From NCBI RefSeq assembly GCF_009914755.1, contig NC_060933.1: 64,000 nt of DNA; one strand, given 5' to 3'. Shown piece after piece: positions 34,230 to 48,139 of this stretch; within the stretch, counting starts at the first letter, position 1, and the number at the start of each line of letters is the position of its first letter. The position numbers and the translations under genes were made by a program. The notes below the pieces were generated by a model that worked only from the letters and a program-made list of their open reading frames with translations, had not been told where the DNA came from and searched no databases. The DNA comes from the human T2T-CHM13v2.0 reference genome, Homo sapiens.

Positions 34230-36057
34230 AGCATCTTTGAATTATAAAAACAAAGAATATTATTGAACCAGAAAGGAGTTACCTTTCTAGGTTCAGAATA
34301 TGTCTTGCTGGTGGATGGGGAGAAGCAGCTGAATAGAGGAGATGAAGGTTGGTTTGGGTGGAGGAGAATGACTAGACAGAGTTCAACCAAGGAAGAATGA
34401 CTCATTGAGGTCTCTTTCAGCATTATGGTTTTGTTATTTGATTTTGGACTCAGAGTATTTTGGCAAAAAGTGCTAAAGCTGAGACACGATATTAGTCTTC
34501 ATTTATAGAGCACTTGGATAGATTTGGAAATGGAAACATATTGTGAACATAGAAGTAAAATATTTACTTTAGTAATTGAATGAGTAGTAACAATGATGGG
34601 GTAGGTAAGTGCTCTTAAAATTGAATCCTCATTCAATATTTACTGCCCCATTGACACACTGCACAATTGAATGATGGATTCCAAATAAGGACATATATTT
34701 TTCAAGTCTTAATAATTTTATATGATCAGTTTTTATTCTTCTTTTTATTTTATAAATTCACTGAAATCTTTTCAACCCAGCGTACATAGACTTCTTTTTA
34801 AAAGATAAAACTTTTTAAAACAAGGACTTAAAAAAAACCTGACATTAAATTCTAAAACAGTAAGTAAAAGAGTATTACATGTGCAAATTTGGGGATTTCT
34901 TCTGAAGTAATATGTTCCCACTTCTCTAACTTCACAGATGTAGTACTGTCCAAAATGGATGGTAGCATAAAGTACAAATTTGTTATTTAGACTTAGTTAT
35001 CAAATGGATATAGGAGAAATATATTATTTTAAATTTGAATTTTGGCTTGATGTTTATCCCTTTAACATATGGCTGGGTTAAGTCATTACAAGAAATACAA
35101 GCAATCATTTGATTTGGAAGCCATGCATTTTCCAAATGACAAATGTCAATTTTCTGTTTAGTTGCTTTTATAAATGAGAAGCAGAGTCCAGTCTATTAAA
35201 GTGACTGAGACACAATTATCCACTAAATCACTGGCAAAATGAAGCTTGCATTCATCTCATCACAATTTCATTTCACTATATGATGGTTATATTTTTATAT
35301 ACTCGTGTGTCTACAACCTGCTCCATGAAAATTAACTATTAGCTGTAATAGAGTACTAGATCTGGAATTAGACAGATTTGATTTTAAATTTTGTTCTTCC
35401 ACTTATGAGATATGTAATCTTGAGAAAATTACTGTATTTCTCTGGATCTCAGTTATCTTTTCATAAGGCCATTATGAGAAACAAATGAGAAAAGTTATGG
35501 GAAATGCCTGGCAACTTTCAATGCTAAACAAATGGTAATTCTTTTCCTCTTACTTTCTTAAGGATAACCGCCACAGTGAACTTTATCATTTTTAATTGAG
35601 ACTTGTCATTTTGTAAGATTACATTGATGCAAGTAGAGTGTCAGGAGTCAAACCTAGATGGCTATTTTATCATTCTCCATATTGTATGTAGATTAAGCAC
35701 TATATGTTGAGAGACACACATTAACTTTGAATCTAAAAATTCTCCAAAAGTATTTTAATTCACTTCAAAATCTAAAGTTTCTGAAGTTCAAAATGTACAA
35801 TTAAAAACTTAATTATAAGTTTATTTTATTGCTCTCTAATCATTTTTATCTGACTCTAGTTCCTCTATCTCGACTGTAATGTCAGAGAAAGGGAGAAAAC
35901 AATATGTTTTCTCTGACATCTTTCAAAGAGATCTCTGCATTCTTAGACTTATGGTTATACCTATATTTATTCTCAATAAATACCTGATGGCTGATTGTAT
36001 AAAAACTTAATTATTAAGCCTGTAATAGTAAAAGAATAGCATTGAAGCTGGCAGTGT

Positions 36058-36367
<310 letters not shown>

Positions 36368-38596
36368 CTGACAGTGTTTGTAGACAGTCTGTATTTCCCT
36401 GGACTAATTGATTCTGTTTTGGAATTTTAAGGAACATCACCATATATGATTTCCATAAGCTTTACATTACTTAGTCTCTAAGGGTATTTAAGTAAACAGG
36501 ATTAGATATGATTTGATTTGTGTGGCACAGAGGACAAGAATAATTCCTTGATTTTTGGTTTTGTTGTTTTCATGGTCTTAGGAATTCACAAAATCATTAG
36601 AAGGGAAAAGACAGTAGATTCATAGCAATACACTGTATTTTAACAAAATAAAGATGCCACAAACTTCATGCCAAGGGAAAGCAATGATATTTCTAGTCCC
36701 ATTAATCTTAAAGCTCTCCTATTAATTTCAAGTCCAGGGAACTTAGCTAATACATTTTCCATTGATAGGCACTCTAAATCGCTTTCATATATATGCTATG
36801 GTGATGAACATTTGTCTTTGGAAATTGGGAGAGCTTTGGTGGTAAATAAGAAAAGTCTTCATTTTTTTCTTTTTTGAGGCAAACTGATGACTCTGAGAAC
36901 TTAGTGCCTTTTTCTTTCTTGTCACACCCCAAAGACTTAGCCGATTGATTATTAGAAATTAAAAATGTCATAACTATATCTATCTTACAACCAACACAGT
37001 TAAAATGAACAAAATTAAATAGAAATTACATTACTTCTTGGGGCCCTAAACATTCCCCTACTCCTTTTCTCTTTTTTCCACCACTGGACCTTGCTATCTT
37101 CACTCCACTGTTAGCTCTAAAATGTTGAAACTAGATGATCTCTAGGCCCCCTTCCAGGCCTGATATTCTCTGAGTTTGTTTACCTATACATAATTTTTCA
37201 AATGTTTCATTAACAGCTAGTTGAGTCAATGTAGAATGAATATGCAGATGTTTGGCATCAGATGGCCAAACATCTGGATATTTAAACTTTTTTTTTTTTA
37301 GTTTTTAAAGGTGTTTAATTTTTTGAAGATACTGTCTGCATCTGAACTTCTGATTTAATTCCAGAAAGGTGGAATGTTAGTGCTAACCGATCTCTAAGGA
37401 ATACTGTTTACCCAAGCCACACAGGATTAACAAATTAGAAAAGATTTCAGCCACTTTTCATTATCTTTTAATAGCAAATATCTGACACTGGTACCGAAGG
37501 CTAAATACTATTATTCGTTTTTGAATTTCTGCACATCTGCTCTCTTACTCATCATTGCCACAACATAGCTATTGAATGGGAATCTGGCTTTTATTAACAA
37601 AATTAGAGAACCTTGTGTGGTAGTAAGGAGGTAGCCCACCTCACACTTAACAGTAGTTGTAAGGCTCAAATACCTTAAAGGCTTTTTCCTTTATGTTGAA
37701 GTTCTTTTTCTGGTATACATAAACAGGCCTGCATACCAAAAACATGTAGTCACTGACTACATTCACTAGATGAGACTTGGGCCTACAGCCATACCACCAA
37801 CAGACTAAACACTTGCCAAGGCTCACAAAGAAGAGTCAGGCCAGCTTTTTCTCTGGATAAATTAACTCTGAAACATCAAGTCAGGAAAGTAACAGGATGC
37901 AAGAATAAATACATTTCAGAGAGCTGAAGACTCTAAGATATAATCAGATTCTAGGGTCCTAGTCTGAAGGAGTGTCACAGAGGCCATGGTTTTAGCTAAG
38001 CTATTTTTTGAAGACTAACTCATGTAACCTCTTTCAACAGGGACATCTTTAATCTGTGCTTTGTGACTCTCCATGCAGGTTGCTCTTAAGAGCCTTTCTT
38101 ACATTTTAGAAATTGGAATTTGTGTTTGCTTAACTAGTCTACCAACATTTCATCTCTTCTTCCTTCTATAATATTTATTTTATCCCCTGCCCTAAACCAT
38201 GCTATTACCCCCAAAGATCTCATGATACTCCTAGACAAATTTTGACATCGATACATCTAGCTCTAAAACTCTCCCTGAGGCTCAGTTTCTTACCTATAGC
38301 TAGTTGGACCTCATTTCTTCAGCCATTAACACAAGATCCCCAATCCAAAATTATCCAGAAGTGAATAAACATGATACTTAAGAATTTTAGATTATTCCTA
38401 AAAATATTATGTAAAAAAATTACATTCAGATGTGAGTTGTCAATATTACTCAGGACTTCAGAGTTTTCACAAATTTAGCTGCATTAAACCTAACTGAAAG
38501 AACCACTTAGCTCTATTTGTCAGCCATCCCATTCCTGCCATTTTCACCACCATTGCCCCATGTTTGCACCTCTTTCCCAGAAGGCAGCAATAGCGT

Positions 38597-38903
38597 TATT
38601 TTTTGTTTATTTATTTATTTTTGAGATGGAGTCTCGCTCTGTTGCCCAGGCTGGAGTGCAATGGTGCAATCTCGGCTCACTGCAACCTCCACCTCCGGGT
38701 GCAAGTGATTCTCCTGCCTCTGCCTTCTGAGTAGCTGGGGTTACAGGTAAGTGCCACCATACCCAGATAATTTTTGTATTTTTAGTAGAAACGGGGTTTC
38801 ACTATGTTGGTCAGTCTGGTCTTGAACTTCAGACCTCAAGTGATCCGCCTGCCTCGGCCTCCCAAAGTGCTGGGATTATAGGTGTGAGCCACCATGCCCG
38901 GCC
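38597..38903 (-). mobile_element. AluS-like
   Basis: Alu dimer. Confidence 0.93.
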
Positions 38904-38996
38904 ATAGCCTTTTGATTGTCTGTCTACCTCCAATGTTTCCTTTCCAGTTCTCCCTGAATGCTGCTGCCAGGTGAACCATTAGAAGGTACAAATGTG

Positions 38997-39324
<328 letters not shown>

Positions 39325-39650
39325 TCACTGCTTTCAACGACTCCCAGTTGCATTTTGATGGTGGCACCAATGCTTAGCCTAACATTAAGTCCCTCTGCCT
39401 ATTTCACCTAAAGACTTTTCTATGCCACATTCCAGTAAAATTGGATAATTTAATGTTTTCTAAATATACTCTATGCTTTTATGCCTCTTGGTTAACCATT
39501 TCCTCTGCCTGCAAATGCCATTTCTGAAACAGTTTTCTGAGATTTGAACCCAAGTCTTCAAATTCTGATCCAGTCCCCTTTCAACAATTAATTCTATCTC
39601 TCTGCAAACAATTCATGTACACAGAATTAATATATTGCTAGGAATCCTGG

Positions 39651-40141
39651 TGTGGTAGACAGAATAATAGTCTCACAATGATATCCAAGTCCTAATCCCT
39701 GGAAACTGTGAATATGTTGCCTTATATGGCAAAAGAGACTTTGCAGATGTGATTAAGACTAAGGCTTTTGAGATGGAGAGATTATGCTGGATAATCTGAG
39801 TGGGCCCAATCTAATTACATGGGTACTAAAAAGTGAAGGATTTTTTTCCAGCTGCAATCTGATAAGATGACAGAAAAGGGTCAGAGAGATGTGACATTCC
39901 TGGCTTAAAGATAGAGGAAGGCTTCCAGGATGAATGTGACTTCTAAAAGCCTGAATAGCAAGAAAGTAGATTCTTCCCCAGAGCCTCTAGGAGGAAATAA
40001 GGCCTAGCTGACCCCTTGATTTTAGCTCAGTGATATCTTTGTCAGACTTCTGACCTACACAAATGTAAGATAATAAATTTGTGTTGTCCAAGAAGCTAAG
40101 TTTTTGGTAAATCGTTCTAGCAGCAATAGAAAACTAGTATG
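39651..40141 (+). mobile_element. MLT1D-like MaLR LTR
   Basis: 'tgtggtagacagaataat...gtcctaatccctggaaactgtgaatatgtt...gactttgcagatgtgattaag' to 'gcagcaatagaaaacta'. Confidence 0.85.
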
Positions 40142-41899
40142 CCTGGGTTGAAATTCCAGAGTTTACTAAAATGACTATAAATCAAAGAAATTGGAACTTA
40201 AGATTTGTAAAGCTCCTTTCCAGTGACAAAATTGCTATCCTAGGCTAAGCTGTCTTGTTCCTACAGAGACCAAGATACTGCTTAATTAATGTAACAAATG
40301 AATGGGTACTAATGTACTAACCAGTCTTATCCCACAAAAACAAAATTTTTATGGGGGTAGGGGGATGAAGAGAAGTTAGTAAAGGGGTACAAATATGCAA
40401 TTAGAAATGTCAGGCATGGTGGGACAGATGCAGTATAGATTATGGAAGTTATAGTCCCTGCTTTTCTGGCGCTTGCTATTATACTGCTTGTCAAGGAGAA
40501 CAGACATTTAGGAAATAATTATAAATTAAATGAGCACTAAAAGGACAAGTGTGCAAATAGGGCCTTAATTAAAAATCAGAGAAGAGTTTTGGAAGATATG
40601 CTGTTTATGATGAAAGCCAAAGCATGAAGCAAAAAAAAAAAAAAAGAGTTTTCTTTAGTGAACATTCTTCTCCAAGAATATTTCCCCTAAAATATTTCTT
40701 CCTCTCTGAGGGCTGATTTCTTTAATGAATTAGCATGCCAATTGCATCACTTAAGATGTTTCAAAGACAAGTAACAAAATAAATCTAAGCAAATGTAACT
40801 GTTATTTTCTTAAGAAAAAGTTTAAAGGTAAGAGTCTTAGGATTGATGATTGTAACCATTTAATAAAGTTGCCAAGGATCTAGAATGTTTTTATCCTTCT
40901 CAACCATCCTCAGCTGGTTGGCCCTTCTGTTCCTATCTGTAAGGTCATGAGATTTCTGCTTGAACTTAGGACTCATGATCTGCTTCCAAATCTAGGAAAG
41001 AAATGGGGAGTTGTTTGCTTAATATGTATCTCTGTTTTTACTACGAAAATTTAATGAACATTCTCAGAAGCAACTCAGTCTCTACCCTAACCCTAAGAGT
41101 ATTTCCCCTTCTATGGAAGGTTATAGCCAGAGTGTTTATAGTTTATATGATACTGATAAAAATAGAACCTGTTGGTATGTCGCTATAATGCAGCAGAGAA
41201 TTGCTGTATAAAGTAGTAGGTAGACCCTCTAGGACCAACATGATCTCTCTCCTAGTGTAATCATATAAAGGGCTTCAGCCTACAGTGTCTTGGCTCCCAA
41301 AAACTGTTAGGTTCTCATCCTATGTGGATTGCACTGAGCATTGAAATTCAGGCAGGCTCCAGAAAGCTGCATGTACTCATTCTCTTTCATACTTATCTGG
41401 TACATATCGTTTGTACCACTTGTTTGCTGATTCACTAGTAAGCCAAAGTGAAAGCCACCTTGAACCAAGTCCACATGATTCTTCTCACCAACCTTTTAAC
41501 CTGGATCAGTCCTTTGTCATTTGGCCTTGTCTTATTAGCCAGAAATCATATGGCTACCCCTCGCTGGAAAGAGATTGGGAAAATGGGTATCTGATATTTT
41601 CACTCTGTTGTACATCTGTACGGAAATTGACTGTTGGTTAGGTAACCTACAGCCTGTGAGACCCTATACATAGTTTTAGAAACCAATTAAGAAACATATA
41701 TTCCAAAGGAAAGACCACCTTACTGACATGATAAAAAAGCCTTCATGTTTTTCATGAAAGTGATTTAAAATAAGTTTATTTAATTCCATAAGTATAAATT
41801 CTGTATACCACTTAATGTTACCTAGGTAAATTCTAGATCAAGTTATTTACAACTTATTTCTTTTGATAAGCCTGCTATAGGTAACCAAGACTTGGATAA

Positions 41900-42209
<310 letters not shown>

Positions 42210-42439
42210 TATTACTCTTTTATATCAAGGACAATGGATTATCAGTTTAATATATTTGACATTTAGGCAAAATCTTAAATATCAGCTGAAGAATTAGGTG
42301 GCTGTGGCAGACACTACAGCAGAATAGTGTGGTCAATTTTGTTGCATTTGTGTGGTAAGAGTTACTATTGCCCACAGAGCTTCTGTGTATGATTCCAGGA
42401 TCTTGTATGCTCAATATTAACGAAGCTAAAGTCCATAGA

Positions 42440-43302
42440 TGCGATGGGGTTCAGAACATACTACTCCAAAATATTTTAAGGTGAAGGAATTTTACAAAAC
42501 ACAGAAGCAGGAGGGGCACTCTCACCTTCTTCCACCCTGTCTCCCCTGAAGCAGGTCATAAAACCTAAGAAGATTTTCTGGCCTTCGCCTGAAGCAGGTC
42601 GTAAGACCTCATGTGAGAGGTACCTTCCCTCTAAACGTAGGAAAGGCGCATCCTTCTCTCTGAAGAGACGGGAACACAGAATCTGAACAAACAGGACCTG
42701 CTAAGTTCCACCCAGTTTATTACCATTAGATCATACCCGCTTTGCTCAGTCCCGTTTCTCCACTTCTTCATCAAACCCAGCATTAAGATACACAAATGTG
42801 ACCAGGCGCAGTGGCTCACACCTGTAATCCCAGCACTTTGGGAGGCCGAGCCAGGCAGATCATGAGGTCAGGAGATCGAGACCATCCTGGCTAACACGGT
42901 GAAACCCCGTCTCCATTAAAAATACAAAAAATTAGCTGGGCGTGGTGGCAGTCACCTGTAGTCTCAGCTGCTCAGGAGGCTGAGGCAGGAGAATGGCATG
43001 AACTTGGAAGGCAGAGGTTGCAGTGAGGCGAGATTGTGCCACTGCACTCCAGCCTGGGTGACAGAGGGAGACTCCATCTCAATTAAAAAATCAATCAATA
43101 AATAAAAAACAAAACAAAACAACAAAAAAACCACACAAATTTAACTGATTCTTTAGGTCTCCATTTCCTTATGAAGGCTCCTGTGTCAACATAACCGTTA
43201 AATAAATTGGCATGTTTTTCTCCTGTTAATCTGCCTTTAGTTATAGGGGTCTCAGCCATGAACCTAGGATGAGTGAAGAAGATATATTTTTCCTTCCTTG
43301 CA
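42440..43302 (+). mobile_element. ERV1-class solo LTR (MER34/MER4-group-like) interrupted by an Alu
   Basis: 'gatggggttcagaacatactactccaaaatat', repeated cctgaagcaggtc, poly(A) region 'aaataaatt...ttttctcctgttaatctg'. Confidence 0.6.
42820..43130 (+). mobile_element. AluY/Sc-like
   Basis: gagatcgagaccatcctggctaacacgg; TSD acacaaat. Confidence 0.92.
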
Positions 43303-46300
43303 GGTACATTCCCAATTATGGGTTAATTCCAGTCCAGAATAAGAGACAGAATAGCCTTGTGTATAGTCATATATAATTTTAGCTAGAGTAATTAGTAAGC
43401 ATGTCTTAGTTCTTTTTCTAGATTTTTCCATGAGGACAGAAATGTTGTCAATTTTATTGTTGTATCTCTCACAAGGCCTGGGTTCAAATCTTTTCTCTAT
43501 TCTTCAGTATTGATAACGACTTTTGGCAAGTTATGTGATCTCAGTTTCTTCACTGGTCCAGGAAGGTTTGTATGAATAACTGCCTTGAGGGCTGTGCATG
43601 TGTGTGTGTGCACGTGTAAACAGGACGTGCAAATTTATGTAAATAACTTAATTTAGTGTCACTGAGTCCAATAAATGCGAGTTGTTATTAATAACTGGAT
43701 ATATTGCTTAATTGGAAATTAAGGCTTACTTTTTCCACTAGCTACCTGTGTGTTCTCGGTTAAGACATTCAACTTTCTGGGCCTCATTTTTCATGTGTTA
43801 AAGGAGGGAGGTATGTTAGACTCTCTAAGTTGGCTTGCAGCTTTGAAGTTCAGTGATTCCCGGCTATGCCTATGACTTATCCCTGGGCATGCTGCAGTGG
43901 TTTGGGGAAAGAAAAAAAGCCCAAAACCCACCAAGGGAAAAACAATGTAGTCAGGCAATGTGGAAACTTCACCATGTAGTTTCATAACCAAATTCCTATT
44001 GTTTATTCCGTTACTATGGGCTGAAGACAAAATGCTGATAGTAACGGATAGAATATCTAATAAGTGGAAGGACCCTTTTAAGAAAGAGAACTTTTTCTCC
44101 CTCATGTCACGTGGAGAAACGAATCCTTCCATGGTGTTTTGTAAATGAGCTCTTGGCTATTGCTGGGTTGTAAGTTCCCAAGTTTAAGTTTTACCATTTA
44201 TTGGCATCCAACAGAGAAGCAGAGTACTTTTATTTGGAAATACATTTGGAAAGGATTCCAGAGAGCCCAGGCAGCATTAATTGTACTCTAGTTTGGAGAT
44301 TTTCACCTTTTCTGTGCGCTGTAACTAGCTGGCACTCTTCCAACTGTAATTTAGACTTACCATGAACTGTAGTTTTTTTTTTCTTTTTAAAATGTGCACT
44401 GTGATTTTTTTCTAACCAATAACTTCTTTTACTGTCATTCTGAATTTTAATTTTGTATATGCTTTTCTTATTTTCAAGCACTCTCTAACCTCTATATGTT
44501 TATTCTTAGGGAAAAAGTACATTTTATCCATTAATTTTAGTGATATTTAAACACTTTGGATATTTGGTGAATTTGGGTTCACTCATGGAACCTTTATTAA
44601 TCCTATTATAAGCTTCCATCAGGATTGTCTGCTACCCCAACTGCTTTATTTAAATTACAATAGGAAATGCCTCTGAACTGTGAAGCACCCCAATTTGTGC
44701 TCTTTTAATCAAACAACTGCAGGCCACAGTGACTCTCATAGGGAACTGATTAAGCAAAATCAGGGTTCATTTGGGCAGAAGTTTTATTTTCAAGAAGACA
44801 AGAGAGTAGACAACTCTATGTGCAACCTTATCTTACAGCTATCTAAATATTATGACCAAATGATCTAGGTTGTAATCAACCAGGTATTTGCACAAACATC
44901 ATTTGTATGAACTAGTAATCAGCCAGATGTACTTTGTGGTCTTCAGATTCAATTTATTAAATGGACAATTATTTTGTTGTTGTTGCAAGAGAGTCATTCT
45001 GCTCCAGGAACAAAGATGAGTAGGAGTGATATTGACCTAGAAAATCAGATCCAAGTTCAAATTCTTATTCTGTTTATGTGCACTAATGATAGTGAAAAAC
45101 GTTTGGTTACTTTAAAAAGAAAAACAAACTAATAAAGGACTCCACCTTGGAAGAGTAAGAGAAGAAATGTATGTAGTTATCAAACACAACAAAGTTAAAA
45201 GAAAGGCTATATTTTGGTGGGCATGGGGGAAGCAGTGTTTACTCCAGATATAGCCGGTTAGGACTGAAGACTGAGTCAAGGACTAGCATTTTTAATGGAC
45301 TCTCTAGTCAAGATTGGCTCAGGAACTGGGGAGGTCATGACTGACGCAAAAGACTTCAGAGACTTCAATATCTGCCACTGAAGTCTCTGGCCCACTGGCG
45401 TGGTGGAGGCAAGAGTGGGAAAGTGGTAAGGCTGAGAGTATAAAGAGGAATAATCTGCTCCCTGTGGTCTCTTGAAGATTTATGGGAAGGCAGCAGATTA
45501 TTCCTATACCAAGCTTGTCTATGACTTCCCCATTGCTTTCTTCTTAAATTTCGTGGTTTATTTTTTCACATTTAAATATTCAATTTATTAGACATTTACT
45601 CTTGGTATAACATATCCTCCATGGATCCAACTGATTTTTGGACCCAGTTGTCTCGATATTATTTTTTGCATGATATGTATTTTCTCAGCTGGATTGAGGT
45701 ACTCCCCTTTTATATTGTAAATTCTTTTATGTATTTGAATTTATTTCAAATTCAAATTCTGGATTTGCTATCCCATTGTTGAATCATGTGCTATTTAATC
45801 ACTGAGAGTATAAAATATATATGTTTTTAATCTTGTATTGCTAGTCCCTTGCCTATCCCCACCATTTCCTACTCTTGAAAGACAACTTTTTAAAATTATT
45901 TTTTATCTTTTTCCCTAGAGCTGATCAGATAATAGATAGACTGATTCATACTCATCATCTCTCCCCTACATTAGCATTAACCTAGAACATAGCTACCTTA
46001 AAAATTGAGAATTTCTACAGTGTGCTTTACCAAATGACAGATATGGCAAGAGGCAAATCTGCTATGAAAACGACAAAAACAACAAAAAACCACACAAAAA
46101 AGCACATAAACGCCCCAAACAGCTCTACTACTTGAGGGAAGTATTTCCAGAGACATAGAATCTGGATTCCAGAAAGTTTTTCTGTCAGAAGTGCGCTGTC
46201 ATTCCTCAGCACAGATTCAGGAGGACAACTATGATAGGTAGAAATAAAATAAAAGGGGAAAGAATTTTCATGGTTTGGAGTATGTTAATAATTACATTTA

Positions 46301-47371
46301 AATTGTAAAGATTTGAAGCTACTTTTTCATGCAAACTTTTTTGCCAGTACAGAATATAAAGTAGTTTTTTGTGATAGGTTAAGTTTATCTGCACACTTAT
46401 TAGTGTATGTAAAATATTTTTTCAATTGTTTCCAATTTCTAACATAACAGTTATAGTTTTAAAAGATATTTTAAATAAAAAATAACCTGTAGTCAAAATT
46501 ACAAAAAACATCAGAGAGTTTACAATTTTAAAAAAGATTTTGGTAAATCTGTTTGTTAAATAAACTACCACCATTTTATATTTGACAAATCTAGATTTTT
46601 GTTTTGTTAAAGGCAAGGTACAGTTACAAGATCATAGCTGTAGCAAATGTTCTTTTCTATTTATTGCAGGCTTTTTTTGGCACTTCTAGAAAGAAAAGAA
46701 ACAAATGGATCAAGCAATAATGCAAGAGAGATCAAAGCAATTCCTTCTGTCAACAGTAGCAATTCATGCAAATCTCTAAACACCAAAGGCTTTCTATAGC
46801 TAAAGAAAAGACCACAAGAGAGGATCATTGTGAAAATCACATCACACGAAGTGCCATCAGTTTCCAAATTTTATGTTAAAAGTATATAAGTAGATTCTGC
46901 TTAAAGACAACCAATCTTGGTGTAGAAGAAGGGAAATGGAATTCAGATTTATTGAGCACAATCTATGGTATTTTACATGCATGATAGCAAAACCTCATAC
47001 AGTGTACTCCTGAAGGGTACAGTGGTTAAGAGTGGGTGCCTGAGCTGTGTTGCCTAGGGTCTGAATTCCCTCTTGGCTACTTACTAGCCATGTATCTTGG
47101 TGCAGATTATGTAAACTCTCTCTGCTATCACTTTCATCATTATAAATAGTAAAATAGGGTTATTGTAAATATAAAATGGGTTAATTTCTACAATGCATTT
47201 GCAGCAGTGCCTGGCATATAGTTCGAATTAAATGTTATCATTTCCACTTTACTGATGTGTAAACAGAAGCTCAAATATAAAGACAATTGCCTTAATTTAT
47301 ATATGTATTAAGTGGTAGAGCTGAGCTTTTAGTACTGGTCTGTCTGAAGCCCTAGTTAGTGACGTCCTCTA

Positions 47372-47540
47372 CACCTTTGCTATTCAAAGTGTGGTCACTG
47401 AACCAGCAATCTCAGCCTTACCTGGAAACATGTTAGAAATGCAAAATCTTGAGCCCACTCCAGACCCAGAGACTCAGAATCTACATTTGAACGAGATTCC
47501 CTGGTGATTTCTATGCATATTAAAGTTGAGTGCTGCAGAA
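47372..47540. mobile_element. MER5A1-like
   Basis: 'tattcaaagtgtggtc...ttagaaatgcaaaatct...tcagaatctacatttgaacgagattccctggtgatt'. Confidence 0.7.
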
Positions 47541-47696
47541 CACACCACTGCCTAATCAAACCTCTACCAAGAGAAAGGACAGTGGAGATTCATTTGAACG
47601 TAATCTATTGCTTTAGAGACCTCATATATCCCAGGATGGGGCTGGTCTTCAGTACTCTTCTGCTCTTCTTTGTAAAGTATATTACCTACAGGCTAA

Positions 47697-48139
<443 letters not shown>

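Noticed and set aside
44106-44113. GTCACGTG E-box (USF/TFE type)
   Set aside because: A single 8-mer without promoter context is not supportable
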